DNA of 64,000 nucleotides. It comes from Octopus bimaculoides. Taxonomy: Eukaryota. Below are positions 63,969-64,000 of this stretch, one piece after another. Position numbers and translations under genes: made by a program. Location: contig NC_068985.1 of assembly GCF_001194135.2 (NCBI RefSeq), positions 103,176,735-103,240,734 of the forward strand. Direction: 5' to 3'. Under the pieces are notes generated by a model that made no database searches, had not been told where the DNA came from, and saw only the letters and a program-made list of their open reading frames with translations. Every line of letters starts with the position of its first letter. Positions within the stretch are counted from its first letter, which is position 1.

Positions 63969-64000
<32 letters not shown>

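Noticed and set aside
37880-64000. Next Turtle exon (Ig4, expected YPAxV...ANPP) and the upstream Ig1 exon
   Set aside because: I scanned by eye for acceptor plus motif combinations and found none; they are probably outside the window or in a gap.

Overview
This is AT-rich, microsatellite-dense animal genomic DNA with 8 N-gaps. The SINE and LINE repertoire suggests an octopus (inference from recalled repeat consensus sequences, not a database search). The only host coding sequence I can support is two consecutive phase-1/phase-1 immunoglobulin-domain exons on the + strand (35224-35493, 37592-37879) of a Turtle/IGSF9-family cell-adhesion gene. I could not find the neighbouring Ig exons, so most of the window is probably long intron. 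That intronic DNA is a layered transposon record: a decayed Gypsy LTR element with a Chapaev-3-like DNA transposon and a SINE nested inside it, two mariner fragments, RTE, L2/CR1-type and R4/Dong LINE fragments, two Penelope GIY-YIG remnants, three tRNA-headed SINE families and one RTE-tail repeat family. The most notable unexplained signal is a set of hammerhead-ribozyme-like motifs. Two copies of a ~220-bp non-coding repeat (45868-46078 +, 60608-60845 -) keep an intact catalytic core, and two long fold-back palindromes also carry hammerhead-like cores. There is no CRISPR array, rRNA or supportable functional tRNA. Almost all ORFs in the supplied track are microsatellite or low-complexity artefacts.
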